Positions 1 to 9,213 of a DNA stretch of 64,000 nt are shown here, piece by piece. Each line of letters begins with the position of its first letter. Position 1 is the first letter of the stretch. A program made the translations under genes and the position numbers. The notes under the pieces were generated by a model. That model searched no databases and was not told where the DNA came from. It saw only the letters and a program-made list of their open reading frames with translations. The stretch is from Deltaproteobacteria bacterium RIFCSPHIGHO2_02_FULL_40_28 (GTDB lineage: Bacteria; UBA10199; 2-12-FULL-40-28), in assembly GCA_001798135.1 (NCBI GenBank), contig MGRJ01000024.1, positions 152,514 through 216,513 of the forward strand, in the 5' to 3' direction.

Positions 1-885
1 TTAACAGGATCCAGTGCCAGAAGGCTTAAACGTGGTGGAACCAATCTTTTGGCAGGCAGAGCATTAACCCATAAAATGTTTCCCTTTAGTCTCTATGAAC
101 TTAAATCACATAAACCAGTTAAATTTTATTGTACCTATGGAACATTGCCAATTGTTTTAAAAGACGCAGATTTGGTTGAACAAACTTTGTATAGCTATGT
201 AGAAACTTATCTTCGTGAAGAAATTAAAGAAGAAGCTTTAGTGCGGAGGCTAGATCAGTTTAATCGTTTTTTACAAATTGCCGGTAGTTTAAATGGCCAA
301 GTACTCAATTATGGTAATATTGCGAGAGAAACTGGTCGCTCAAGTGCTATGATTTCCCAATGGTATGATATTTTGGAAGAAACTCTTATTGGTTTTCGTC
401 TCATGCCCTATCGTCCAGGGTTTAAAGTGCGTGAAGTAGGCCATCCTAAGTTTTATTGGTTTGACCCTGGTGTAGCTCGAGTGAGTGCTCAAATTGACTC
501 TCATGATTTTGGAAGTTTAGAGATGGGAAGTGCATTAGAAACATTGGTTCTTAATGAGTTAAGAATTTATCAGGAATATTCTAGAAAGTTAAAACCCATT
601 TTTTATTATGCTACTCCTGGTGCAGGGGAAATTGATTTTGTTATAGAGTTACGCCCTAAAACAATTAATCATTCTTCAGAATTTATTACTCTTGAAATAA
701 AGGTTTCTTCCAAATGGAAATCGGAGTTTGAAGCCCCTACACGAGCTCTTAAAAAATTTGCTGGAAATCAACATAAAAAAATGTTTGGTATTTATCTGGG
801 GACAGACCGTCTTAGCAAAAATGGATTTGAAGTTTATCCTCTTATGGAATTCATAAAAGACTTATTTGCAGGCAAAATTTTTTAA
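1..885 (+). CDS. AAA+ ATPase with C-terminal DUF4143-like domain; 5' end cut by window edge (reading frame open to position 1)
   Basis: Translation continues upstream of the listed TTG start with no stop back to position 1 (LTGSSARRLKRGGTNLLAGRA...), which is typical of the linker between the AAA and DUF4143 domains. The C-terminal G.EIDFVIE block resembles the second DUF4143 ATPase at 52574-53767. Confidence 0.55.
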   Translation, partial: LTGSSARRLKRGGTNLLAGRALTHKMFPFSLYELKSHKPVKFYCTYGTLPIVLKDADLVEQTLYSYVETYLREEIKEEALVRRLDQFNRFLQIAGSLNGQVLNYGNIARETGRSSAMISQWYDILEETLIGFRLMPYRPGFKVREVGHPKFYWFDPGVARVSAQIDSHDFGSLEMGSALETLVLNELRIYQEYSRKLKPIFYYATPGAGEIDFVIELRPKTINHSSEFITLEIKVSSKWKSEFEAPTRALKKFAGNQHKKMFGIYLGTDRLSKNGFEVYPLMEFIKDLFAGKIF

Positions 886-914
886 AAATATATTCTTCTA
901 AATACCTGTACTCT

Positions 915-1685
915 CTAATCCCAATTTTCAATGTTCACAGAATAAACAGTAACCCGCGCGTCTTCAGTATAAAGGGCAATCATGCCGGGGACATCATAAA
1001 GAACATCAGGCGAGGCAGATCCAGTATAGGAGAAAATGAGAATATTGTTAATATAAACATCAAGATTTTGGCTTCTTTTTTCAAGAGTGAGGGTATAAGT
1101 TTGGCTAATTACTATTTGTGGTGTACTTGCCGTATAAAGAAAAACCTGTTGTTCAGTTGCAGCATCATCGTCAAAGGCTCGTCCTAGTTCAATGCCGTTG
1201 GTTTTAAAAATAAAATAATTAGTGAGTTCCCCTGATGAAATATTGTTGGGGTCTCTAAAGTTAAAATTAAAAAAAAGCCAAAAAACTTCCCAAGAATTAG
1301 GACTTGCCGCACGCAGTTGAGCATCGGTTGAATAAACAATGGTGGTGCGAAAATCTTTGATAGGATTTTCTTGAGTGGTTTTGGCCAGAACCAGGGCGGC
1401 ATGGGTGTTGCTTCCAGTAGGAGGTTGCGGTTCCATAACAATGCCATTTTCGGAATCAAAGTTTACCGAGCCGTATCCGTTATAAACGATTGTCCACTGA
1501 TCTTCCGTGGTTGGAATGACAGTGGTTGTAGGAGATTCGTCAGCTGAATTATCAGCGTTGTCTGTAGAATTATCGGGATTTTCCGCATCGATGGTGTTTG
1601 CTGGTACCGTAACAGGCAATTGAGAACATTGCACCGTTATGTACGTAAAAAAAACGACAACAAGTATTTTGAGCAGATCACTCAT
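915..1685 (-). CDS. secreted hypothetical protein (N-terminal signal peptide, Asn/Asp/Ser-rich linker)
   Basis: 256-aa ORF with N-terminal hydrophobic segment MSDLLKILVVVFFTYITVQC followed by a low-complexity D/N/S-rich stretch. ATG at 1683-1685. Confidence 0.5.
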   Translation of the reverse strand: MSDLLKILVVVFFTYITVQCSQLPVTVPANTIDAENPDNSTDNADNSADESPTTTVIPTTEDQWTIVYNGYGSVNFDSENGIVMEPQPPTGSNTHAALVLAKTTQENPIKDFRTTIVYSTDAQLRAASPNSWEVFWLFFNFNFRDPNNISSGELTNYFIFKTNGIELGRAFDDDAATEQQVFLYTASTPQIVISQTYTLTLEKRSQNLDVYINNILIFSYTGSASPDVLYDVPGMIALYTEDARVTVYSVNIENWD

Positions 1686-1790
1686 GAGCTAGGTATTTAA
1701 GTTGCCAACTACTTCTTTTTCATCATGAAGTGAACTTAAAAGTACCTAACTTAAAAGTACCTGGCACCTGTTTTTTTGTTTTTTGTTTTT

Positions 1791-1824
1791 TTGAGAATTA
1801 TTGAGAATTATTGAGAATTATTGA
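1791..1824. repeat. tandem 10-mer repeat (ttgagaatta x 3.4) in intergenic region
   Basis: Direct reading: ttgagaatta repeated at 1791, 1801, 1811 plus a partial ttga. An aaaagtacct duplication sits just upstream. Confidence 0.6.
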
Positions 1825-1827
1825 AGC

Positions 1828-1866
1828 AAAACCCCCATCCTTTTTTGAAAAGAAGGATGGGGGTGT
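1828..1866 (-). terminator. rho-independent terminator hairpin downstream of the 753-aa lipoprotein gene; potentially bidirectional
   Basis: acccccatcctt / aaggatgggggt 12-bp stem with an 8-10-nt loop. On the minus strand the stem is followed by ttttgcttc (a T-run); on the plus strand it is preceded by aaa. Confidence 0.55.
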
Positions 1867-1892
1867 TCAGAGTCTTTAACTTTCACACAAGC

Positions 1893-4124
1893 TTAAGGCA
1901 CAACACCTTCTGGGGTAACCTTAGCCGTTTGGCCGGTCATGTCTGGGGCTGCACCCATACCATGATCAGTAAACGCATTGGTAGGAGCCGCAACAGAACC
2001 TGTTGTCAAAGAGGCACAATTAGAGGCATCAACATCCGGCATGCTGTACTCAATCGACATGGCTTTGGTGTAGTGAGCCGTTCCGTCGCATGTGATTTCA
2101 GTTCCATCTGCGATGGTAAATACGGCTTTCCAAAACTCGAAATCACTTCCATCAACCTCCACTCTCTCGAAGGGAATACCCATGAGATGGCCCCTACCAG
2201 CATATTCCAGCAGCACAGTGCCATAACCATTTGTGGTATCTTTGTACACACAGTGCAGCGGATTTTCAAAGGTTACAGCATCACCATCTACTACAAGATA
2301 CGTGGCCTTATTCCAGCTATTGGGGCCACTCTCATAGGCATAGTGTATATCCTCAGACCAAGCTTCCCAAAAATTATCCAGCGTGACCGAATTAGGTATC
2401 ATGGCCCCAGTTCTAAAGCCCCAAGCAGTAGAGCTAGAAGGATCGATCGTCACACCATCATCTATGGTAATATCAACTCCGCCAAGCTGGAGTGTCATAG
2501 TATCCCCAGTAATCGTATAAACATAGGGCAGGGTGTCATTGTCTGTAATGTCAGGCAAATAAGGAGTGCCCGCATTTAATAAGGCTGCTGTCATTGGAGC
2601 GGCGGGACAGTTTTGATAACACTTGAGTGTTAACGTGGCTCCATCGGCAAATTCCGCAGAGCTGGACGTGAGGAACTCTTCGGTAAAGATAGGAACAATA
2701 ACAGCATCGGTTAACACACCACTCCCGGGAACAACAATATCCAAAGATCCCAAGCCTTGTTTCCAGAGACCAATAGATTGGTTAGGCGTTGTGACAATAG
2801 CTGCATCGGGGATATCTGTTACAGTGCACCCATTTTGATCACACACATGGATACCTGTGCTGATCAGATTGGTTCCATTCCACTCCACCAAATAGGTAGT
2901 TCCATCATCAGTCCACCTCTGGAAGGTATCCCCCTGCAAATCGCCCAAGGTTTTTTCTTCAAGTGTATTTTTGATCACCCTACCACCCCCTCTAACCACC
3001 GTGTACGTGGTAAATCCGTCATCAGAGGTAACCTGTTGACCATCGGTGGCCGAACCATTGCCCAGCCATATGCCGTTGTTATCGGCCCAACCCCATGCTT
3101 CTCCCGCACGAATAGGCATACCAGAATTCTTTTCGACCCTGGCCCCATCTTCTGTATAGAGGTTATACTCCCATACGTTTTTATCCAGATTCACAGCATC
3201 ACGACAAACCTGGCGATCACCAAAATCACTTAAATAATAGCTTTCGTTAAAGGCAACCTGAACAGTTTTTTCAACGACACTGGCATCCGCATTAAGAGCG
3301 GCCCCCATGGATTCAAAACTTGGAAATCGGCGAAAGACAAATGCAGCCCCCGAGCTTCCATCAACCGCAAGAACAGCATGGGTTTGTTCCGCATAATTCA
3401 TACCCGGATTATCGAGTGTTAACTCAAACTCAACCAATCCATCCGCATTTTCAACCGAAGCAAGGTTTCCAGTCATCACGACAACACCTTCAAGATACCC
3501 GGCAAAATCCATGGAAAAAAGACCAAAGGGTTTGAGATCGCTTTTTCCTTCGGAAATTGTTAACTGGGCACGGATTTCATCAAAACCCTCTTCGGCACCG
3601 TCTTCTTCAGTCCAAAGCTGAACAATGTGATCTTCTCCAGCGGCTCTGGAGGAATTTACAATCCATGATGTAAGCTCGGTTTGGGAGGCAGAGGATTCAT
3701 TATTTTCGTCTCCAGATCGATCTTTCCCACAACCCGATTCATCCAAAAGGGCAAGATAGGTGCCTGCATTGACTAGTGCTGCATCATCATAGTAAGTCAA
3801 ATCGAAAATGCAGAGAACCTCGTTAATCATACTCAAAACTTCCATCGATTCATCAAACACATAAGCCTCGGCCACGTCTGTAATGTAGTCGCCACCAGTT
3901 GGAGTAGCCATTTGAATCAAGGATTTTAAGGCTGTATTACTTGTCTGAGGATTGGCACTCACTGACGAACTACCCTCACTATCAACCGTTACGAAGGTCA
4001 TCTGTTCGGCAATGGTTAAAGCGGAGGTGTCACTACCACTGCTGCTACTACCACCACTTCCTCCACATCCACTAAAACCAAAACTTAATACAACAAAAAT
4101 ACTCAACAATAAAAAACTTCTCAT
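1893..4124 (-). CDS. large surface lipoprotein, function unknown (743 aa from the ATG at 4124)
   Basis: Signal peptide MRSFLLLSIFVVLSFGFSGC (lipobox-like FSGC) then a GGSGGSSSSGSD linker. SD aaggagg sits 7 nt upstream of the ATG at 4122-4124. The rest is Thr/Gly/Asp-rich. Paralogous N-terminus to the ORF at 6359-7609. Confidence 0.6.
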   Translation of the reverse strand: MRSFLLLSIFVVLSFGFSGCGGSGGSSSSGSDTSALTIAEQMTFVTVDSEGSSSVSANPQTSNTALKSLIQMATPTGGDYITDVAEAYVFDESMEVLSMINEVLCIFDLTYYDDAALVNAGTYLALLDESGCGKDRSGDENNESSASQTELTSWIVNSSRAAGEDHIVQLWTEEDGAEEGFDEIRAQLTISEGKSDLKPFGLFSMDFAGYLEGVVVMTGNLASVENADGLVEFELTLDNPGMNYAEQTHAVLAVDGSSGAAFVFRRFPSFESMGAALNADASVVEKTVQVAFNESYYLSDFGDRQVCRDAVNLDKNVWEYNLYTEDGARVEKNSGMPIRAGEAWGWADNNGIWLGNGSATDGQQVTSDDGFTTYTVVRGGGRVIKNTLEEKTLGDLQGDTFQRWTDDGTTYLVEWNGTNLISTGIHVCDQNGCTVTDIPDAAIVTTPNQSIGLWKQGLGSLDIVVPGSGVLTDAVIVPIFTEEFLTSSSAEFADGATLTLKCYQNCPAAPMTAALLNAGTPYLPDITDNDTLPYVYTITGDTMTLQLGGVDITIDDGVTIDPSSSTAWGFRTGAMIPNSVTLDNFWEAWSEDIHYAYESGPNSWNKATYLVVDGDAVTFENPLHCVYKDTTNGYGTVLLEYAGRGHLMGIPFERVEVDGSDFEFWKAVFTIADGTEITCDGTAHYTKAMSIEYSMPDVDASNCASLTTGSVAAPTNAFTDHGMGAAPDMTGQTAKVTPEGVVP

Positions 4125-4342
4125 AGCCCCTCCTTTTAAAAACCCCCAGAACAAAACTCAAAACTGATATGGGTCACAAAGTAGCAAGTTTGATACCAAA
4201 TTTTATTTTTTTATCTTTAATTATTCTCAAGAGTTAAAAATCGGTGCCAAGAACGATGAGTAAAATAAGCCCATGTACTCCATTTTTTGCCGGCAATTTT
4301 TACCTAAGGGGCTTGTTGAAAAATGTAGTTTTCCACTAATTC

Positions 4343-4424
4343 TGTCATTCCCGTGGAGGCGGGAATCCAGTCTTTTCAATAAGTTCTGGATCCCTGCCTT
4401 CGCAGGGATGACAGAGGAATGACA
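4343..4424. other. GC-rich nested inverted-repeat element (9-bp outer stem enclosing two hairpins), possible structured RNA or REP-like element
   Basis: tgtcattcc (4343-4351) pairs with ggaatgaca (4416-4424). Inner hairpins are attcccg-tggagg-cgggaat and atccctgc-cttc-gcagggat. GC-rich in an AT-rich divergent intergenic region. Confidence 0.45.
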
Positions 4425-4632
4425 TTCTTCAACAGACCCATAAGGGTTTCATTGATGGTGTATAAAAAAGCTGACTCAGGACAAAAAATCAATTTTACCA
4501 AAAAATGTTTTTCTGCTCAAAAAAAAGGCTTTGCCTAAAAATAGGGCATCTTGCTAGAAAGCCTCTTCATAATAAACCAATAGTTTTAATAGTTTACCTG
4601 TCTATTACTTTGGCCTCACTTTTGCTTAAAGC

Positions 4633-5526
4633 TTGTTTGTGAAGAAAAAAGAATTCAAACTCATTTTTTACTTTTTAACAGTGTTGGGTATTTTTAGTTT
4701 TCTTATCCCAGCTCTGGCTCTTGCAAATCAAAAACCCCTGTCAATCTGGGGACAAGAACTTAATTATGAAGTGGTTAGTTTATCAAATAAGCATCGGTCC
4801 TATGATGGTTTGGCTATAAGACTTAACCGGTCTGGCAAAAAAATAAATCGTGTTATCCTGAATACTGCCTATTTTCAACAAGAAGCCACAGAAATTTGGG
4901 AAGACTTTCAATACAACCCAAAGCCCAGTGTTATTGTTTCTCCAAACCTCATGACATTTTTGGTAAATCTGATGGAAACAAACCGGAACTTTTCTCAAAA
5001 GCAATCCCTTATTTCTCAGCTGGGAGAATTAAAAGAACAACTTCAATATGCAGCGTGGCAAAAAGTTTATGCCAAGGCCAAAAATAAAAAAGAATTCATC
5101 CGTCTTTTTATACAAACCAGAAAAAAGACTATCGAGTACCATGAACTTTCCCATCTTTTGGATGCTGTATTATGGGAAAAACAACAATTAACATCCCACG
5201 AGATGCGTGATGAAAAACAATTTGCCCACGATACGGAAGTAAGGGCCTTTTTAACAGAACTTGTCTATGGTCCAAATCCACAGGATTCACTCTGGCAAAT
5301 TGTAACAGGTGTTTTACAAGAAATAAAACAAGGCAGAAGCATTGATTACAGTGTTGAAAAACTAAAAGACATCCTCGTGATGGCACAAGCAATCAATTGG
5401 ATCCCAAGGGGAGAATTACTTTGTTTTCTTTGTTTTCTTTCCAAGGAAAGCGCCACTGATATCGCAACCAAACTTTACCATCGGTACACTCTTGCGACAC
5501 ATCAATGGAAGAGGGGTCTCTTGTGA
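4633..5526 (+). CDS. hypothetical exported or membrane-anchored protein
   Basis: 297-aa ORF with N-terminal hydrophobic helix LIFYFLTVLGIFSFLIPALALA. No recognisable catalytic motif. Confidence 0.45.
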   Translation: MFVKKKEFKLIFYFLTVLGIFSFLIPALALANQKPLSIWGQELNYEVVSLSNKHRSYDGLAIRLNRSGKKINRVILNTAYFQQEATEIWEDFQYNPKPSVIVSPNLMTFLVNLMETNRNFSQKQSLISQLGELKEQLQYAAWQKVYAKAKNKKEFIRLFIQTRKKTIEYHELSHLLDAVLWEKQQLTSHEMRDEKQFAHDTEVRAFLTELVYGPNPQDSLWQIVTGVLQEIKQGRSIDYSVEKLKDILVMAQAINWIPRGELLCFLCFLSKESATDIATKLYHRYTLATHQWKRGLL

Positions 5527-5563
5527 GACCCCTCTTTAAGTTTAAATGTAATTCAAAAAACGC

Positions 5564-5830
5564 TTATTGGCGATTTCTGAAATTTTTTGGTGCTGTGCTG
5601 CTCATGTCTTGGCTAGATAGAATTGTACCGCCAAGGCTGGACTTTTCAGCTTCGCCTCGGGCATACCTGTTCAAGTGAGTGGGAGCCGTAGCAGTAGCTG
5701 TTGTACCTTTTGTGGCTTCAACGTCATGCCTGTAAGTGGCATGTTTATTTGTGCCGGCTTGGGCTAGGCCCGCAAATCCAGCAAGAACAGTTAACACAGT
5801 ACCTACAATTAAATAATTTTTTGTATTCAT
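5564..5830 (-). CDS. small secreted hypothetical protein
   Basis: 88-aa ORF whose signal peptide MNTKNYLIVGTVLTVLAGFAGLAQA ends in an AxA cleavage motif. Confidence 0.4.
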   Translation of the reverse strand: MNTKNYLIVGTVLTVLAGFAGLAQAGTNKHATYRHDVEATKGTTATATAPTHLNRYARGEAEKSSLGGTILSSQDMSSTAPKNFRNRQ

Positions 5831-5913
5831 AATAAACTCCTTTCAAAGTTTAAGTTTTCAATAAATTTCAGAAAATAAGCAATGACAAAATATTTTTATG
5901 GATATGGGAGTGG

Positions 5914-6270
5914 TTAACAGCGAAAAGACTGATTAAGAATAAACAAGGGTGGTGCATGAGTTTGTGTGCTCATTTCATCATGCCACGTCAAAGAAACCAG
6001 AGTGGAATTGAGATGAGAACTCAAACTTAAGGTATGATAGGACACCTGCTTTAAATTATCCTTATCAGTTGTTTGAATCAAGAAAAAGGTTTGGTTTTGG
6101 GATTGAAAACAACAATACTCGGCCTTTGTTTGATCTAGCCGTGAGTTTTGGCAACAATTTGAAAAACAATTATCTGTTGCAGCAAATGCTGGGCAAATTA
6201 GGAAAAAACTTACATTGAAAAGAAAGAGAAAAAAGAAAAACAAGACAAACTTTTGCAAAACAACTTTCAT
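5914..6270 (-). CDS. small Cys-rich secreted hypothetical protein (start uncertain)
   Basis: Internal Met (MKVVLQKFVLFFFFLFLF...) gives a signal-peptide-like N-terminus followed by 8 Cys. Low complexity, weak support. Confidence 0.25.
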   Translation of the reverse strand: MKVVLQKFVLFFFFLFLFNVSFFLICPAFAATDNCFSNCCQNSRLDQTKAEYCCFQSQNQTFFLIQTTDKDNLKQVSYHTLSLSSHLNSTLVSLTWHDEMSTQTHAPPLFILNQSFRC

Positions 6271-6358
6271 ACTTGCATCATAAACCTTCAACGATGGAAT
6301 GTCAAACACGGGTGCCAACCAGGTGCCAGGCACGCGTGCAACTTATTGAAAAATAAAT

Positions 6359-7609
6359 CTATAATTCAAATACCAGGTATTGCAGAATTCGCTCCTGAGC
6401 CCAAAAACCAGTGGAAGGGCAGGTATCTGCCGTATGATAGGACGAATAAAGAAGCTTTCCGCTGCTCTCGGTTTTAGTCACAGTTAAAGGAGCATCCGAA
6501 TCCGAGCCCCCGGTATATTCGATGGGACCCTGAATCCAAATGGTGGGGCTTTCTCCGGTATGAGCAGCCTCCATAACAGCCCAGCCTGAAAGAAAATCAG
6601 CAATGGTTACTGTGTCATCACTATTTCTGGCTCCCGTTGTTCCATTGACAGTGGTGAGGCTACAGGTTTCCACATCTCCTGTATTTACCGTTACCGCATC
6701 TAACCAAGCAGCCATGTCCGTATCATTGACTGTTGCATCCGAACTAATGCCCGAGGTTCCATCCTGCGCAGCATCCATTGTTTCAGCGGTTGCAGCATCC
6801 GAACCTCCATCCTTAAAATCCATGAAATCAGGAAAGGGTTGTTCGATAAAATCATAGGATAAATCTGTGACGTAAAGTTTTCCCCCATTTTGAACATAGC
6901 TCTGAAATCGAGCAACCACGGAGGAATCAGTAATGACAGAATCATCCGCCCCACAGTTGATAAAAATAATATCAAAGGCATTCAAATTATCCACACTCGA
7001 AACAAAAGTAGAAAGATCCGTATAAGTACTATCTAAGGTTGAGTCTCCATCGATTAAAGTAAATTGAAAAGTTTGGGTTGTGTCAAGAAGGCCGCTACTA
7101 TCCACTGTTCCATACCCCAGCTTGGCCAACACATCTTGAATGCGATCGTAGGACCCTGTTACTACCGCCATCTCCGGAGCATCATCAGTACTAAATTGCG
7201 TGCTGGAAGCGGAAGCATTACTCCCACAATTAACGGTGGTGTCTCCCGTAAAACTACCCTTGGCAAAATTGACTGTTTGTGACCCCGTTCCGGAACATTC
7301 CACAGTAAAAGCCCCGGTGGCAGAGGAACAATCTGAGTCCGAAGCAGTGGAGGATGGATCTGAGCAACTTTCCCCATCACCATCCGTTAAGCCCTTTACT
7401 TTGCTATTTACCTGTAAAACTTTGGTTGCTGTACTGCTTGTTGAGGGAATCCATACCGTAGCACCTGAAACAGGGTCCCCATTTGGGGAGGTAACTGTCC
7501 CAGAAATTCTTCCAGCTGTTCCACTACTGCTACTGCTATCGCTTCCTCCACAACTTATGGTTGAAAATATTACAAATAAAGCTACGGCTAAAAAAGAATG
7601 AAATTTCAT
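6359..7609 (-). CDS. surface lipoprotein, paralogous N-terminus to 1893-4124
   Basis: MKFHSFLAVALFVIFSTISCGGSDSSSSSG has the same signal plus Cys-Gly-Gly-Ser-rich-linker architecture as the 753-aa protein. SD aaggag sits 7 nt upstream of the ATG at 7607-7609. Confidence 0.6.
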   Translation of the reverse strand: MKFHSFLAVALFVIFSTISCGGSDSSSSSGTAGRISGTVTSPNGDPVSGATVWIPSTSSTATKVLQVNSKVKGLTDGDGESCSDPSSTASDSDCSSATGAFTVECSGTGSQTVNFAKGSFTGDTTVNCGSNASASSTQFSTDDAPEMAVVTGSYDRIQDVLAKLGYGTVDSSGLLDTTQTFQFTLIDGDSTLDSTYTDLSTFVSSVDNLNAFDIIFINCGADDSVITDSSVVARFQSYVQNGGKLYVTDLSYDFIEQPFPDFMDFKDGGSDAATAETMDAAQDGTSGISSDATVNDTDMAAWLDAVTVNTGDVETCSLTTVNGTTGARNSDDTVTIADFLSGWAVMEAAHTGESPTIWIQGPIEYTGGSDSDAPLTVTKTESSGKLLYSSYHTADTCPSTGFWAQERILQYLVFEL

Positions 7610-7685
7610 AGATTCTCCTTTTTTTTGAAAATTTTCTACCTGCCTTATACTAGAAAGTTCCAATATTTACTAGTACAAAACTTAA

Positions 7686-7874
7686 ATCAACCGCCTTATT
7701 AATGGTCGTACGAGTGTTACAGCTCCTCTTGCTTTAAAGTTAGCCGCTGCCCTTAATACTTCTCCAGAGTTTTGGTTAAATGCTCAAAAGGCGATTGATA
7801 TTTACAACGCCTCCAAAAGCATTGGCAAATTACCCAAGGCGCTTATTGTTAAGGGTCATTTGGTTCAAGTTTAA
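7686..7874 (+). pseudogene. relic of an HTH-XRE (HigA-type) antitoxin: C-terminal ~60 codons only, no start codon, no HigB partner
   Basis: The frame translates INRLINGRTSVTAPLALKLAAALNTSPEFWLNAQKAIDIYNA...GHLVQV*, the conserved C-terminal motif of HigA/XRE antitoxins (ISxxxAxxLxxxFGTSxEFWLNLQxxYDL). A stop (taa 7683-7685) lies immediately upstream and no Met is present. Confidence 0.5.
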
Positions 7875-8808
7875 ATCTATTTATCGAAGTCATCAATTAG
7901 TCAATGGGGAAGAAGAGAATTTATGCAAAGAAATAGTAATTTTGCTTACTCATTATTGGTTACCACACATTGATCTTCAAGACGCCCTATCTTCAGGTGA
8001 AAGTCAAATTGATGTTCCGCTCGTTAATCCGGCAGATATACCGACCTATCTTAGAAGAAAGTATCCTTCTGTATCAGGTGGTATGACCCGTTTGTCTGAC
8101 GATGACACAGTAGCAGAGATAATAGTTAGCATTAGAACGCCAGATGACGAATATACAGATTATGATAGTGTGCTTGAAGCCCTATTTAGTTCACGAAATA
8201 ATGAAAAAATCCGAGAATCAGTTGATTGGGACTGGTTATCACAAAACATTCTCCAAAATCACTCAAAAGCATTTTGCGAAAATCCGGAATCATTTTTAAG
8301 AAGAGGTCTTATTGGCGCAGATGACGCTTTAGTCGGCTTTTCTGGCGAACAACTAATAGGCTTTTCAGGTATTTTTGGAGAATCCTATGATAGAAAATAT
8401 GAAGATGTTGAAGGGAATCCTATTGAACCTTCCAAAATATGGTATTCAAGGCTTCCAGAAGGGGTACGAAGAGAAGCTGAGTCATTAGGTATGGGGGTTT
8501 TTTATGTTAATATCGGAGGTGAACCAACACATGTTGGTTATGAAGAAAATCTTGCTGATCCAAATGATAGGATTGGACGGACACCAACTACAGCATACTA
8601 TGATTTAGAGGGGAACTTTTTATTTGAAATGGCATTTGCAGAATATTTTGAAGTAGAACAACATTCGGTTGGAAGACCTCGTGATTTCGTTTTTGCAGCT
8701 TCAAGTCACATGCTAGTAGATGGTTTATATTTTTCCTTAAGTGATATTGATGGCATCAAGCATGAGGAACTAACATCACTGCAATTACGCGCCTGTGAAG
8801 TCGATTGA
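7780..8808 (+). CDS. hypothetical protein (start uncertain; the listed ATG overlaps the higA relic in another frame)
   Basis: 342-aa ORF with no recognised motifs. The true start is probably downstream of 7874 and may use an alternative start codon. Confidence 0.4.
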   Translation: MLKRRLIFTTPPKALANYPRRLLLRVIWFKFKSIYRSHQLVNGEEENLCKEIVILLTHYWLPHIDLQDALSSGESQIDVPLVNPADIPTYLRRKYPSVSGGMTRLSDDDTVAEIIVSIRTPDDEYTDYDSVLEALFSSRNNEKIRESVDWDWLSQNILQNHSKAFCENPESFLRRGLIGADDALVGFSGEQLIGFSGIFGESYDRKYEDVEGNPIEPSKIWYSRLPEGVRREAESLGMGVFYVNIGGEPTHVGYEENLADPNDRIGRTPTTAYYDLEGNFLFEMAFAEYFEVEQHSVGRPRDFVFAASSHMLVDGLYFSLSDIDGIKHEELTSLQLRACEVD

Positions 8809-8964
8809 ATAAATCGGTTTCAGACATGCGCGTAAAACCTTAAGGGTTATTACGACGACAAAGAGAAGCGGAAAGCTCGTGATAGAAAACTTAAATTTTT
8901 GGTAGTGGGTCAGTTTGAAATCTGAAATCTTGCTTTTCAATCTTGATTTAGGCATATTTGTTTT

Positions 8965-9213
8965 ATGCCTAAGCGGTTAAGAATCCAACCGAAGAAAGAC
9001 TTAAACACGAGAGCCTTTGATATACTTCAACAAGTCACTGGTGAGAAACCAAAGGAAGACCCAACTAAGAACCCCGCTGCCGTGGCTCTTGGTAGATTAG
9101 GGGGGCTTAAGGGTGGTAAGGCTAGGGCTAAGAAGTTATCTGCGAATGAAAGACACCGTATTGCAATAAATGCAGCAAAAGTAAGATGGGGAAAAAATTT
9201 AAAAGATAGCTAA
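8965..9213 (+). CDS. small basic protein (82 aa), conserved KGGKARA...RW-type C-terminus, unknown function; passenger gene
   Basis: The ORF ends GRLGGLKGGKARAKKLSANERHRIAINAAKVRWGK. It lies inside the IR-bounded element. Confidence 0.45.
   Translation: MPKRLRIQPKKDLNTRAFDILQQVTGEKPKEDPTKNPAAVALGRLGGLKGGKARAKKLSANERHRIAINAAKVRWGKNLKDS

Noticed and set aside
1791-1824. CRISPR array check
   Set aside because: There are only 3.4 contiguous copies of a 10-mer with no spacers. No other repeat-spacer structure and no cas genes were seen anywhere in the window.
1821-2579. 252-aa plus-strand ORF
   Set aside because: It lies entirely antisense within the well-supported 743-aa lipoprotein gene and is R/I/S-rich low-complexity. 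It is an ORF-track artefact.
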